64,000 nucleotides of DNA from Bacteroidia bacterium (lineage in GTDB: Bacteria; Bacteroidota; Bacteroidia; UKL13-3), in contig JAGPCK010000011.1 of the NCBI GenBank assembly GCA_018058135.1, forward strand, positions 6-64,005, in the 5' to 3' direction. This document shows, one piece after another, positions 16,738 to 26,343 of this stretch. Position 1 is the first letter of the stretch; each line of letters opens with the position of its first letter. Both the position numbers and the translations under genes were made by a program. The notes under the pieces are model-generated. The model was given only the letters and a program-made list of their open reading frames with translations, did no database searches and was not told the DNA's origin.

Positions 16738-18552
16738 ATGCACCACACTTTTCATATCCCTGTTTTGGGTTTAGCTTACTCCGTTGATACGCCTGTTAAA
16801 GTGGCCCGTTTCGGAATTTCATCTGTAGTTTCAGTTATTCAGCATGAGTTACTGGAGCAGATGCGCAAATTTCACAGCAGTCAATACAACCTTCCTTATA
16901 TGGAGATTACCGCCAAAGAGATTGATTTCAGAGCAAAGCGGGTAAAAGCCTATTTGAATATGTTGCAGGAGATTGTGAGCTTGCAACTCAATAAACTTAG
17001 AGCTGAAGCGTTTGAGGCCGATACGGATATTACCAACTACTTTAAAATGTTACCGGAGAAAAGTACCCTGAAAAAAATGTACTGCGACATGACTACTGCT
17101 GTGGGGGAGATGAAAGAAAACTTGTGTGAGAAGCTGAGGCAACAAATTACTGCCGGTAGTATTGATGTGAACATCATGACCAAAGTTGATAACCTGAATT
17201 ACGCTGCTGACGGGGAAACACTGCTGGCTCCTGAGTACTCGGATGCGTTATCTGCCTTACGTGGTTTTGCACAAAGTAATCTGGAGAGTTCGGTAGTTTT
17301 TTCAGCCGGTCTAAACCCCAAGCTTTACAGTTATATTGATACCTTTCCTGATTTTTTTCCTGATGAAAACGGACACCTGAAAAAGAAAATTATTCTTAAG
17401 GTGAGTGACTACCGCTCTGCATTAATTCAGGGTAAATTTCTGGCTAAAAAAGGAGTATGGATTTCTGAGTTCCGTATTGAATCAGGACTTAATTGCGGAG
17501 GACACGCTTTCGCCACTGATGGCTATTTACTTGGCCCCATTTTGCAGGAGTTTAAAGATAAACGGGAAGAGCTAAATGCAGAGTTGAAACAAACCGTAAA
17601 TGCTGCCTTAGCTGCAAAAAATCAGCCCTTGTTGCCATCAGCAATTCATGCACGTGTTACTGTTCAAGGTGGTATAGGCACAGGAGCTGAGGACGAATTT
17701 TTACGAGATTTTTACGGGGTAGATGCTACCGGATGGGGTAGTCCGTTCTTATTGGTGCCTGAAGCTACCAATGTAGATAATGATACGCTTCAGGGTTTAG
17801 CCACTGCACAACCTGATGATTATTACCTGAGCCATGCCTCTCCGTTGGGAGTACCATTTAACAATTTCAGAAAAAGCTCAGCGCAAAAATTACGTAATGA
17901 ACGCATGGAAAAAGGTCGTCCGGGTAGCCCGTGTTATAAAAAGCACCTCACCTTTAATAAAGAGTTTACAGCAGCACCTATATGTGAGGCATCACGGCAG
18001 TATCAGCACCTCAAGTTGCAGCAGCTGGTCGGTGAGGGGTTAACACCTGAAGCATTTAAAAAGCGAGTAGAGGAGATAACAGAAAAAGATTGCCTGTGTG
18101 AAGGACTTTCAGCAACCGCATTGCTCAAGAATAATATACCTGTGCCCCGTAACCTTACCGCAGTAACTATTTGCCCGGGCCCTAATCTGGCTTTCTTTTC
18201 CGGTGTGTTTACACTGGCTGATATGGTGGGGCATATTTACGGAAGAAAAAATTTGCTCAATCAGGTTTATCGCCCTCACATGTTTGTTAATGAACTGAAG
18301 ATATACATCAACTACCTGCAAACGGAAATTCAAAAAAGTTTACCGGAGCCTTCAGAGAAGCAGAAAAAATACTTCAAAAGTTTTTATGATAACCTGCAGC
18401 AGGGTATAGCATATTACCGCAGCATCATAACTCAGGCGGCACAGGATACGAAAGAAACATACCACACTTGGGTAAAAGATGTGGGTGAAGCCGAAGCCTC
18501 ACTGTTGCTCATCTTTGCAACCAGTGAAGGTGATACCTCTGTTTTGGTGTAG
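16738..18552 (+). CDS. Hypothetical protein, possibly a nitronate-monooxygenase/FabK-like FMN enzyme with extra Cys
   Basis: Long ORF (ATG 16738; track TTG 16723) containing ESGLNCGGH, VQGGIG, GWGSPFL, CLCEGL and ICPGPN. Confidence 0.6.
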   Translation: MHHTFHIPVLGLAYSVDTPVKVARFGISSVVSVIQHELLEQMRKFHSSQYNLPYMEITAKEIDFRAKRVKAYLNMLQEIVSLQLNKLRAEAFEADTDITNYFKMLPEKSTLKKMYCDMTTAVGEMKENLCEKLRQQITAGSIDVNIMTKVDNLNYAADGETLLAPEYSDALSALRGFAQSNLESSVVFSAGLNPKLYSYIDTFPDFFPDENGHLKKKIILKVSDYRSALIQGKFLAKKGVWISEFRIESGLNCGGHAFATDGYLLGPILQEFKDKREELNAELKQTVNAALAAKNQPLLPSAIHARVTVQGGIGTGAEDEFLRDFYGVDATGWGSPFLLVPEATNVDNDTLQGLATAQPDDYYLSHASPLGVPFNNFRKSSAQKLRNERMEKGRPGSPCYKKHLTFNKEFTAAPICEASRQYQHLKLQQLVGEGLTPEAFKKRVEEITEKDCLCEGLSATALLKNNIPVPRNLTAVTICPGPNLAFFSGVFTLADMVGHIYGRKNLLNQVYRPHMFVNELKIYINYLQTEIQKSLPEPSEKQKKYFKSFYDNLQQGIAYYRSIITQAAQDTKETYHTWVKDVGEAEASLLLIFATSEGDTSVLV

Positions 18553-18644
18553 TCTTACACTACTTATCGCCCGCCTATATCGGGTGCTTTCATGGTTTTT
18601 TATCAGATTTAAAACTAACTAAAATCATGTTTTAAATGGCCTCC

Positions 18645-18662
18645 TTATGATTGCAGTCATAA
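18645..18662. promoter_or_regulatory. Second-type Crp/Fnr-like operator TTATGAT-N4-GTCATAA upstream of the nos cluster
   Basis: TTATGATTGCAGTCATAA has perfect 6-bp arms; a near-identical site occurs at 26291. Confidence 0.6.
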
Positions 18663-18709
18663 AAACGAGGCTACTTCGCACCGCACATTTGTGTATTAAT
18701 TTTAACCAC

Positions 18710-19204
18710 ATGAAAAAAGTTATTGCACTACTATCAATTGTTGCTGTTGTTACTGCCTGCGGAGGCGGAGAATCAGCCACTAACACTACCACAGCCACAG
18801 AACAACCGGCAGCAGAAGCCACCGAAAGTTCATCATCAGAAAACCCATCGTATGATCCCAAACGCGGTGAAGGAAAATTCACAGCCGAGAATGTACAGGT
18901 TGGAGATAAAGTGGATGAAACTATGGCCACATCAGGCGAACAGATTGCCGGTGTAAAGTGTACTTCATGCCACAAGTTAACCGATGAAAAACTGGTAGGA
19001 CCGGGTTGGAAAGGTGTTACCGAAAGAAGACGCCCTGAGTGGATTATGAACTTTATTACCAACCCCGATCCTATGATTGACAAAGACCCTGAAGTGCAGG
19101 CGCAGTTAGAACTTTGTTTGGTTAGAATGCCCAATCAGAGTCTTTCTGATGACGATGCCCGCCATATTGTAGAATTCATGAGAAAAAATGATGGTATCAA
19201 ATAA
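18710..19204 (+). CDS. Monoheme cytochrome c lipoprotein of the clade II nos cluster
   Basis: Lipobox VTAC, CTSCH, VGPGW, distal Met (VRMPNQ); start at ATG 18710. Confidence 0.9.
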   Translation: MKKVIALLSIVAVVTACGGGESATNTTTATEQPAAEATESSSSENPSYDPKRGEGKFTAENVQVGDKVDETMATSGEQIAGVKCTSCHKLTDEKLVGPGWKGVTERRRPEWIMNFITNPDPMIDKDPEVQAQLELCLVRMPNQSLSDDDARHIVEFMRKNDGIK

Positions 19205-19224
19205 ACCATTAAATACTTAACACT

Positions 19225-21213
19225 ATGTACAAAAATAAAATAACCTTATGGACCGTGGTTGGAGTTACCGCAGTTCTTTATTTAGGTTCATGTAAACCTA
19301 AAAACACCAGTAATGCCGTAAGCGGAGATGCAGCATCTAAAGCATATGTTGCTCCCGGTAAGTATGATCAGTTCTATAATTTCGTGAGTGGTGGATTCAG
19401 CGGTCAAATGGCCGTTTACGGATTGCCCAGCGGAAGATTACTCCGGGTTATTCCGGTATTCTCTGTTGACCCTGAAAAAGCATGGGGTTACAGCGAAGAA
19501 ACTAAACCTATGCTGAACACATCACACGGATTTGTACCGTGGGACGATTTGCACCACCCGACATTATCACAAACTGACGGTCAAACAGATGGTCGCTGGG
19601 CTTTCGGTAATGCCAACAACACCCCGCGTGTAGCACGTATTGACCTAAAAACTTTCAGAACAGCTGAAATTATTGAATTGCCTAACAGTGGTGGTAATCA
19701 CTCATCGCCTTACCTTACTGAAAATACCGAGTACGTTGTAGCCGGTACACGTTTCAGTGTTCCACCGGATAATGCAAATGGTGATGTACCTATCAACTCT
19801 TACAAAGAAAACTTTAAAGGACACATCAGCTTTATCAGCATTGGTAAAGAAGGACAGATGGATATTGCCTTCCAGATTCAATGCCCAGGTGTAAACTTCG
19901 ACTTAAGTCGTGCAGGAAAAGGTAAATCACACGGTTGGTTCTTCTTCTCTTGTTACAATACTGAACAAGCTAATTCTTTGCTGGAAGTAAACGCTTCACA
20001 AAAAGATAAAGACTTCATTATGGCAGTGAATTGGAAAAAAGCAGAAGAGTACCTGAAAGCCGGAAAAGGTAAAAAAGTACCTGCTAAATATGCCCATAAC
20101 TATTACGATGAAAAAACACATACAGCTAAATCAGAAATCAGAACTGAGGTAACTATACTTGACTCCAAAGAACTGGCAGATATTTGCTACATGATTCCTT
20201 GCCCTAAATCACCACACGGTTGTGATGTTGATCCTTCAGGTGAGTACATTGTAGGTAGCGGTAAACTGGCAGCATTGATTCCTGTGTTCAGCTACACTAA
20301 AATTTTAGATGCCATTGCCGGTAAAAAGTTTGACGGAGATTACCAGGGCATTCCTGTGATTAAGTACGAAGCAGCTTTACACGGTGAAGTGAAAAAACCG
20401 GGTCTTGGTCCGTTGCACACCGAATTTGATGCGAACGGAAATGCCTACACTTCATTCTTTGTATCTTCAGAAGTAGTAAAATGGAACGTGAAAGACCTTA
20501 AAGTATTGGATCGTGTGCCTACTTATTATTCAGTTGGTCACTTATGTGTGCCCGGTGGCGATACCAAAAAACCTTATGGCAAATACCTGATTGCCTACAA
20601 CAAAATTACCAAAGACCGTTACCTGCCTACCGGACCTGAATTGTCGCAGAGTGCGCAGTTGTACGATATCAGCGGAGATAAAATGCAACTTATTCTTGAC
20701 TTCCCTACCATTGGTGAGCCTCACTATGCACAAGCTCTTCCGGCCGATTTGATTTCGAAAAACTCACTTAAAATATTCAAGATTGGCGAAAACATGCACC
20801 CTTATGTAACCAAAGGAGAAAAAGATGCTAAGGTGGTAAGAGAAGGTAACAAAGTACATGTGTACATGACCTCCATCCGCTCACACTTTGCACCTGATAA
20901 CATTGAAGGAGTGAGAATGGGAGATGAAGTATACTTCCACGTAACTAATCTGGAACAGGATTGGGACGTACCCCACGGTTTTGCTGTGAAAGGTGCCAAC
21001 AATTCAGAACTGTTGATTATGCCGGGCGAAACTTCCACCCTCAAATGGGTACCGGACAGAGTAGGAATTTTCCCGATGTATTGTACCGATTTCTGTAGTG
21101 CATTGCACCAGGAAATGCAGGGATACATTCGCGTGTCTCCGGCAGGCAGTAATGTGCCGCTTAAATGGAGCTTAGGTGAAAAAGCCCCGGCTACAGCTGA
21201 GGCAGGTAAATAA
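19225..21213 (+). CDS. nosZ: Clade II (Sec-type) nitrous oxide reductase
   Basis: Seven CuZ His (DLHH, GNHS, PHG, GPLH, GHL, EPHY), CuA site PHGF...CTDFCSALHQEM, lipobox LGSC and no Tat RR motif. Confidence 0.97.
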   Translation: MYKNKITLWTVVGVTAVLYLGSCKPKNTSNAVSGDAASKAYVAPGKYDQFYNFVSGGFSGQMAVYGLPSGRLLRVIPVFSVDPEKAWGYSEETKPMLNTSHGFVPWDDLHHPTLSQTDGQTDGRWAFGNANNTPRVARIDLKTFRTAEIIELPNSGGNHSSPYLTENTEYVVAGTRFSVPPDNANGDVPINSYKENFKGHISFISIGKEGQMDIAFQIQCPGVNFDLSRAGKGKSHGWFFFSCYNTEQANSLLEVNASQKDKDFIMAVNWKKAEEYLKAGKGKKVPAKYAHNYYDEKTHTAKSEIRTEVTILDSKELADICYMIPCPKSPHGCDVDPSGEYIVGSGKLAALIPVFSYTKILDAIAGKKFDGDYQGIPVIKYEAALHGEVKKPGLGPLHTEFDANGNAYTSFFVSSEVVKWNVKDLKVLDRVPTYYSVGHLCVPGGDTKKPYGKYLIAYNKITKDRYLPTGPELSQSAQLYDISGDKMQLILDFPTIGEPHYAQALPADLISKNSLKIFKIGENMHPYVTKGEKDAKVVREGNKVHVYMTSIRSHFAPDNIEGVRMGDEVYFHVTNLEQDWDVPHGFAVKGANNSELLIMPGETSTLKWVPDRVGIFPMYCTDFCSALHQEMQGYIRVSPAGSNVPLKWSLGEKAPATAEAGK

Positions 21214-21226
21214 TTAAAATACATAG

Positions 21227-21266
21227 AAAGGGATGCGGATGTGAGATGCATCCGTGTCCCTTTTTT
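21227..21266 (+). terminator. Hairpin plus U-tract between nosZ and the accessory nos genes
   Basis: GGGATGCGGATG / CATCCGTGTCCC (two G-U pairs) followed by TTTTTT. Confidence 0.6.
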
Positions 21267-21279
21267 AATGAATTAAAAC

Positions 21280-22299
21280 ATGAGTAGTACTAAAAATAGT
21301 TTGAGCATAATGTCCAGATTGCTGCTGTTATTGGCTGCAGTTGCATTAGTCGGTTCGTTGTTCGTACCTATCTGGCGTATTGAGTTGGATGCTCCGCAAT
21401 ATCCCGAAGGATTGGCTTTGCAAATTTTTGCAGATAAACTGGGTGGTGATGTGGACATCATCAACGGACTAAACCACTACATAGGCATGCAAACTTTACA
21501 TGCAGAAAACTTTATTGAGTTTACCATTCTTAAATACATTATCGGTTTTTATGCCCTGTGCTCTTTGCTTGCAGCCGCTATGGGGAATAAAAAATTTGCT
21601 TACAGTTTATTCTGGGCCTTTGTGTCTTTCGGGGTGATAGCTATGGTAGATTTCTGGAGATGGGAATACAACTACGGACACAACCTTGACCCCAATGCAG
21701 CCATCATTGTACCGGGAATGTCATACCAGCCTCCGTTAATAGGATTTAAACAGTTGCTCAATTTCGGAGCTTTTTCTGTACCTGATAAGGGTGGGTATCT
21801 TTTTATTCTGTCAGGTATTTTTATGTTGGTAGTGGTTTTGAAAGAATCAGCTTTTTTGAGCAGGTTCAAGAAACAACCTAAAATGGCATTGACGGTAAGT
21901 ATGCTTTTGCTTTTAGCTGCATGCGGTAAAAAAGGCCCGGTGCCTGTTAAGTTAAATGTCGATAATTGCGCGTCTTGTAAAATGACTATTGCCGACATTC
22001 GTTTTGCCACAGAACTGATTACCGATAAAGGACGGATATATAAATTTGACGATATCTCCTGCATGATGCGTTACCAAAAGGAAAACACATCAAAGTTACC
22101 TAACCCGGTTTTCTACGTTACCGACTACCTCAATACCACTAACTTTTTGTTATTGGATCAGGCCATTTTGATTTCAGGTGATGAGGTAGGCAGTCCCATG
22201 GGTGGCAATGTAGCAGCCTTTTCAGATATGCCCCAAGCCACAGCACATGCAGAGAAATGGAAGGCCGTGGTGATCAATGCCGGTGCGCTGAAACAATAA
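21280..22299 (+). CDS. nosL: NosB-like membrane domain fused to NosL copper chaperone
   Basis: N-terminal PIW..APQYPEGL..INGLNHYIGM membrane domain; C-terminal CASCKMTI, FDDISC and SPMGG; single reading frame. Confidence 0.8.
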   Translation: MSSTKNSLSIMSRLLLLLAAVALVGSLFVPIWRIELDAPQYPEGLALQIFADKLGGDVDIINGLNHYIGMQTLHAENFIEFTILKYIIGFYALCSLLAAAMGNKKFAYSLFWAFVSFGVIAMVDFWRWEYNYGHNLDPNAAIIVPGMSYQPPLIGFKQLLNFGAFSVPDKGGYLFILSGIFMLVVVLKESAFLSRFKKQPKMALTVSMLLLLAACGKKGPVPVKLNVDNCASCKMTIADIRFATELITDKGRIYKFDDISCMMRYQKENTSKLPNPVFYVTDYLNTTNFLLLDQAILISGDEVGSPMGGNVAAFSDMPQATAHAEKWKAVVINAGALKQ

Positions 22300-22303
22300 T
22301 ACC

Positions 22304-23539
22304 ATGAATAAAATAATTTTCGTCTTTGCCCTCTTTCTGGTAACTGTGCATGCATTTGCCGTTACCATTCATGTAGGAAAAGGTCATGTTGTGTCCTCTG
22401 TTAAGCAGGGTATCAAAAAGGCCATGGACGGAGATACTGTGCTTGTTCATCCCGGTACTTATAAAGAAGGAAATATTGTAGTAGATAAACGCATTTGCCT
22501 GAAAGGGATAAATTACCCTGTGCTTGACGGACAGTTGAAGTACGAGGTTATCTCGGTAAAGGCAAAAGGAGCGGTAATTACAGGATTGAAGGTTTGCAAC
22601 TCAGGCTACGCTTCTCTCGATGACCCGGGCGGAATAAAAGTGTACGACAGTGAGAACGTAACCATCAGTAACAATATTCTGGATAATAATTTTTTTGGCG
22701 TATACATACAATACGGTAAAAACTGCACCATCAAAGACAATAAAATAACCGCCTACGGAAAAGAAGAACAACAAATAGGCAACGGCATTCATTGCTGGAA
22801 AAGTGAGGGGCTGCGTATTTCAGGCAACACCATCTCAGGCCACCGGGATGGTATTTATTTTGAATTTGTATCACATTCGGTCATCTGGCGCAACACTTCT
22901 TTTAATAATATCCGCTACGGATTGCATTTTATGTTTTCCAACGATGATGCCTACATCAGCAATGTATTCACGAATAACGGTGCAGGCGTGGCAGTGATGT
23001 TTACCCGCAACGTAAAGATGTACGACAACACCTTTAATGAAAACTGGGGAGATGCCTCTTACGGTTTATTGCTGAAAGAAATCTCTGACAGCTACATTTA
23101 CAGAAATCGTTTTGTCGGGAATACCTCTGCCATTTACATGGAGGGCACCAACAGAATAATTATTGAAAATAATATTTTTAAAGACAACGGCTGGGGCATG
23201 AAAGTTCAGGCCAGCTGTATGGATAATGTTATACGTAAGAATAATTTTCAGGGCAATACGTTTGACGTAAGCACTAACGGTTCGCTGGTGATGAATGTTT
23301 TTGAAAACAATTACTGGGATAAATACGAGGGTTATGATTTAAACAAGGACAACACAGGTGATGTGCCCTACCGTCCGTTAAGTTTATTCTCTGTTATCGT
23401 AGAGACCAACCCGCCTGCCATGTTGCTGTACCGCAGTTTTATTATCTCTTTACTTGATCGTTCAGAGAAAATAATTCCTACACTTACGCCTGAAAATTTT
23501 ATTGACAATACACCACTAATGCACGCACTCGATTTATGA
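22304..23539 (+). CDS. nosD: Nitrous oxide reductase maturation protein (beta-helix)
   Basis: GNGIH, RDGIY, RYGLHFMFS and NYWDKY motifs. Confidence 0.93.
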   Translation: MNKIIFVFALFLVTVHAFAVTIHVGKGHVVSSVKQGIKKAMDGDTVLVHPGTYKEGNIVVDKRICLKGINYPVLDGQLKYEVISVKAKGAVITGLKVCNSGYASLDDPGGIKVYDSENVTISNNILDNNFFGVYIQYGKNCTIKDNKITAYGKEEQQIGNGIHCWKSEGLRISGNTISGHRDGIYFEFVSHSVIWRNTSFNNIRYGLHFMFSNDDAYISNVFTNNGAGVAVMFTRNVKMYDNTFNENWGDASYGLLLKEISDSYIYRNRFVGNTSAIYMEGTNRIIIENNIFKDNGWGMKVQASCMDNVIRKNNFQGNTFDVSTNGSLVMNVFENNYWDKYEGYDLNKDNTGDVPYRPLSLFSVIVETNPPAMLLYRSFIISLLDRSEKIIPTLTPENFIDNTPLMHALDL

Positions 23540-24249
23540 TTTGGATAAATAACATATCAAAACGTTTTGGCAAACTTCAGGTGCTGGATGATGTTACACT
23601 TACCTGCAACAAGGGAGAGTGCATTGCTCTGATAGGGCCGAACGGTTGTGGTAAAACCACTTTAATTAAAACCATACTGGGTATGGTGGTGGCTGATAAA
23701 GGTGATATTCTGTTTAATGCAAAATCAATAGCCAAAGATGTAGCTTACCGGAACCAGATAGGTTACATGCCGCAAATTGGTCGGTATCCTGATAACATGA
23801 CCATCGGTAAGGTGATTGACATGATAAAAGACATTCGCCACTCTGATGCAGCCCTGGATGAAGATTTATACAACGCTTTTGAACTGCACAAACTGGCAGA
23901 TAAAAAAATGAGCACACTATCCGGTGGTACTACACAAAAGGTGAGTGCCACGCTGGCTTTTCTTTTTAATCCGGATGTGCTTATTCTCGATGAGCCCACC
24001 GCAGGGTTAGATCCACTGGCTTCAGAAATACTGAAGGAGAAAATTATTTCAGAGAAAAACAAAGGCAAACTGATTCTGATTACCTCACACTTACTCAGTG
24101 AACTGGAAGATTTGGTTACACAAATTATCTTCATGCAAGACGGACGGGTGAAATTTCATGAAAGTCAGCACGCCCTTAAAGAACAAACAGGAGAGGCCAC
24201 CATTGCTAAAGCTGTTACTCATTTACTAAAAGCCGGTACGTATGAATAG
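23536..24249 (+). CDS. nosF: ABC transporter ATPase of the nos cluster
   Basis: GPNGCGKT, LSGG and LDEPT motifs; lies between nosD and nosY. Confidence 0.9.
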   Translation: MIWINNISKRFGKLQVLDDVTLTCNKGECIALIGPNGCGKTTLIKTILGMVVADKGDILFNAKSIAKDVAYRNQIGYMPQIGRYPDNMTIGKVIDMIKDIRHSDAALDEDLYNAFELHKLADKKMSTLSGGTTQKVSATLAFLFNPDVLILDEPTAGLDPLASEILKEKIISEKNKGKLILITSHLLSELEDLVTQIIFMQDGRVKFHESQHALKEQTGEATIAKAVTHLLKAGTYE

Positions 24250-25009
24250 GATTATTAAATTCGTTTTCTTCGACATTATACGAAACAAGATTATTCTCGG
24301 CTACACCTTGTTGCTGGGCATATTGTCCTGGGGTGTTTTCGGAATTGAAGACAACATTACTAAAGGATTGCTTACTATATTGAACGTTATATTGCTTACG
24401 GTACCGTTGGTGAGCATTATTTTCTCTACCATTTATATTTACAACAGCGCTGAGTTTATTGAGTTACTCATCAGCCAGCCGGTAAAACGGAAGCGGATAT
24501 GGTTGAGTCTTTTTAACGGGCTGAGTATTTCGCTTATTCTTGCATTTTTAGCAGGAGCGGGAATACCCATTCTCTTGTATGCACCCTTGCGTATTGGTGT
24601 TATGATTACCCTCTCAGGGTGTTTGATAACAGCCGTATTTACAGCAATTGCATTTTTAAGTTCCGTATCTACCCGTGATAAAGCACGTGGAATAGGGGTC
24701 TCTATTTTATTGTGGCTTTATTTCGCACTGCTGTTTGACGGACTGGTACTTTTTATTCTTTTTCAATTAGCAGATTACCCCATTGAGCAAGCCATGATTG
24801 GAGTTTCCATGCTTAGTCCGGTTGACCTAGCCCGTATACTTATACTGCTGCAAATGGATGTTTCGGCTATGTTGGGTTACACCGGAGCAGTATTCAAAGA
24901 GTTCTTCGGATCAGGTATTGGCGTTGTGCTGGCCTCCGTATTTCTGGTACTCTGGATTGCCATACCATTTTCACTTTCCCTGCGTAAGTTCAGCAGAAAG
25001 GATTTGTAG
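24242..25009 (+). CDS. nosY: ABC transporter permease of the nos cluster
   Basis: About six TM segments; ELLISQP and SPVDLAR motifs; overlaps nosF. Confidence 0.88.
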   Translation: MNRIIKFVFFDIIRNKIILGYTLLLGILSWGVFGIEDNITKGLLTILNVILLTVPLVSIIFSTIYIYNSAEFIELLISQPVKRKRIWLSLFNGLSISLILAFLAGAGIPILLYAPLRIGVMITLSGCLITAVFTAIAFLSSVSTRDKARGIGVSILLWLYFALLFDGLVLFILFQLADYPIEQAMIGVSMLSPVDLARILILLQMDVSAMLGYTGAVFKEFFGSGIGVVLASVFLVLWIAIPFSLSLRKFSRKDL

Positions 25010-25037
25010 TCGTTTTATGTTTTAAGCAACCTCTGCC

Positions 25038-25409
25038 ATGAAAACAGATATTGAGAATAGAAATGATATAGAACTTCTTATTACTACCTTTTATGAAAAG
25101 GTAAAGAAGGACGAATCATTGGCTTATTATTTTACGGATGTGGTAAAAGTGAACTGGGAAAAACACTTGCCCGTGATGTATGATTTTTGGGAGAACGTAC
25201 TTTTCTACTCCGGTACCTACACCGGTAATCCCATGATGATACACACTAAAATTCATCAGAGGAGTCCGTTTAAAAAGGAGCATTTTCAACAGTGGCTGCA
25301 CCACTTTAATCAAAGTGTGGATGAGTTGTATGAAGGAGAACATGCCGAGCAGATTAAACTGCGTGCCAACAACATTGCCACAGTAATGCAGATTAAAATT
25401 CTGGACTGA
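25038..25409 (+). CDS. Group III truncated hemoglobin
   Basis: FYEKV, WEKHLP.MYDFW, YTGNPM..H and HFQQWL motifs. Confidence 0.9.
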   Translation: MKTDIENRNDIELLITTFYEKVKKDESLAYYFTDVVKVNWEKHLPVMYDFWENVLFYSGTYTGNPMMIHTKIHQRSPFKKEHFQQWLHHFNQSVDELYEGEHAEQIKLRANNIATVMQIKILD

Positions 25410-25680
25410 TATCACCTTACCTTTTTCGTTTTCTTACCTCAGCTTATCCAGCGCTCCGGTTTAAAGTTGTGCTCTTAGGTCAAAAAATAAATGATTAGCT
25501 GTCCGTTTTCCATTTATTATAGTGTCATATTATTATCGTACACATGTGGAGTTTACTATCTGTGTGCGTAAGAGAGTAGATTTGATAGCTTTATTCCCCT
25601 TTAAAAAAGAAAGCTGCACCAACTTGCGCTGGCACAGCTTCTTTATAATGAAAAAAGTGCTATCGTATTTGCTAATACAT

Positions 25681-26238
25681 TTATTGAGGTAACAATACCT
25701 CGTCAATCACATGGATAATGCCGTTGCTGGCAGGGATAGAAGCGACAATGTGTGCTTTTCCGTTTATGAGGGGTTTGCCATCCTGCATGGTAATGGTAAT
25801 GTTGCCTCCGTTAACCTGTCCCAGTGTTCGGCCATCGGTTAAATCTTCCGCTTTAATTACACCTACATATACATGGTATTGCAGTATGTCGGTAAGGGCA
25901 TCTCTTTTATCCGCTTGCAATAAACCTTCCACAGTACCTGCGGGTAATTTATCAAAGGCAGCATTAACGGGAGCAAATACAGTGAATGGTCCGGCATTGC
26001 TCAGTACATCTACCAGTTCAGCAGTTTGAACGGCTGTTACCAGTGTACTGTGATCTTTACTGCCTACTGCAATTTGCACCACATTTTTTTCTGAAACATC
26101 GTCCTGTACACCTGATTGGCCTACGTTGGCTACTTCGGCTGTGGCTTCCGATGCACTTGCTTCAGGTGCGGGGGAACTGCTGCAACTGCCTAAAAAAAGC
26201 AGCGTACAGAGGTAAATGGTTGGGTTGAACGTTTTCAT
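25681..26238 (-). CDS. Fasciclin (FAS1) domain lipoprotein
   Basis: GPFTVFAPVNAAF, ILQYHV and NGIIHVID motifs; lipobox LGSC; start at ATG 26238. Confidence 0.9.
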   Translation of the reverse strand: MKTFNPTIYLCTLLFLGSCSSSPAPEASASEATAEVANVGQSGVQDDVSEKNVVQIAVGSKDHSTLVTAVQTAELVDVLSNAGPFTVFAPVNAAFDKLPAGTVEGLLQADKRDALTDILQYHVYVGVIKAEDLTDGRTLGQVNGGNITITMQDGKPLINGKAHIVASIPASNGIIHVIDEVLLPQ

Positions 26239-26290
26239 TTTATTTATATAATTTAACAAAACAAAGTTGAGGAAATCACACAGCTGGTTT

Positions 26291-26308
26291 TTATGACCTC
26301 AGTCATAA
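26291..26308. promoter_or_regulatory. Second-type operator TTATGAC-N4-GTCATAA upstream of the fasciclin gene
   Basis: TTATGACCTCAGTCATAA has perfect 7-bp arms. Confidence 0.65.
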
Positions 26309-26343
26309 TCACCCCCTGTTTTTGCATGATTTATATTAGGAAT

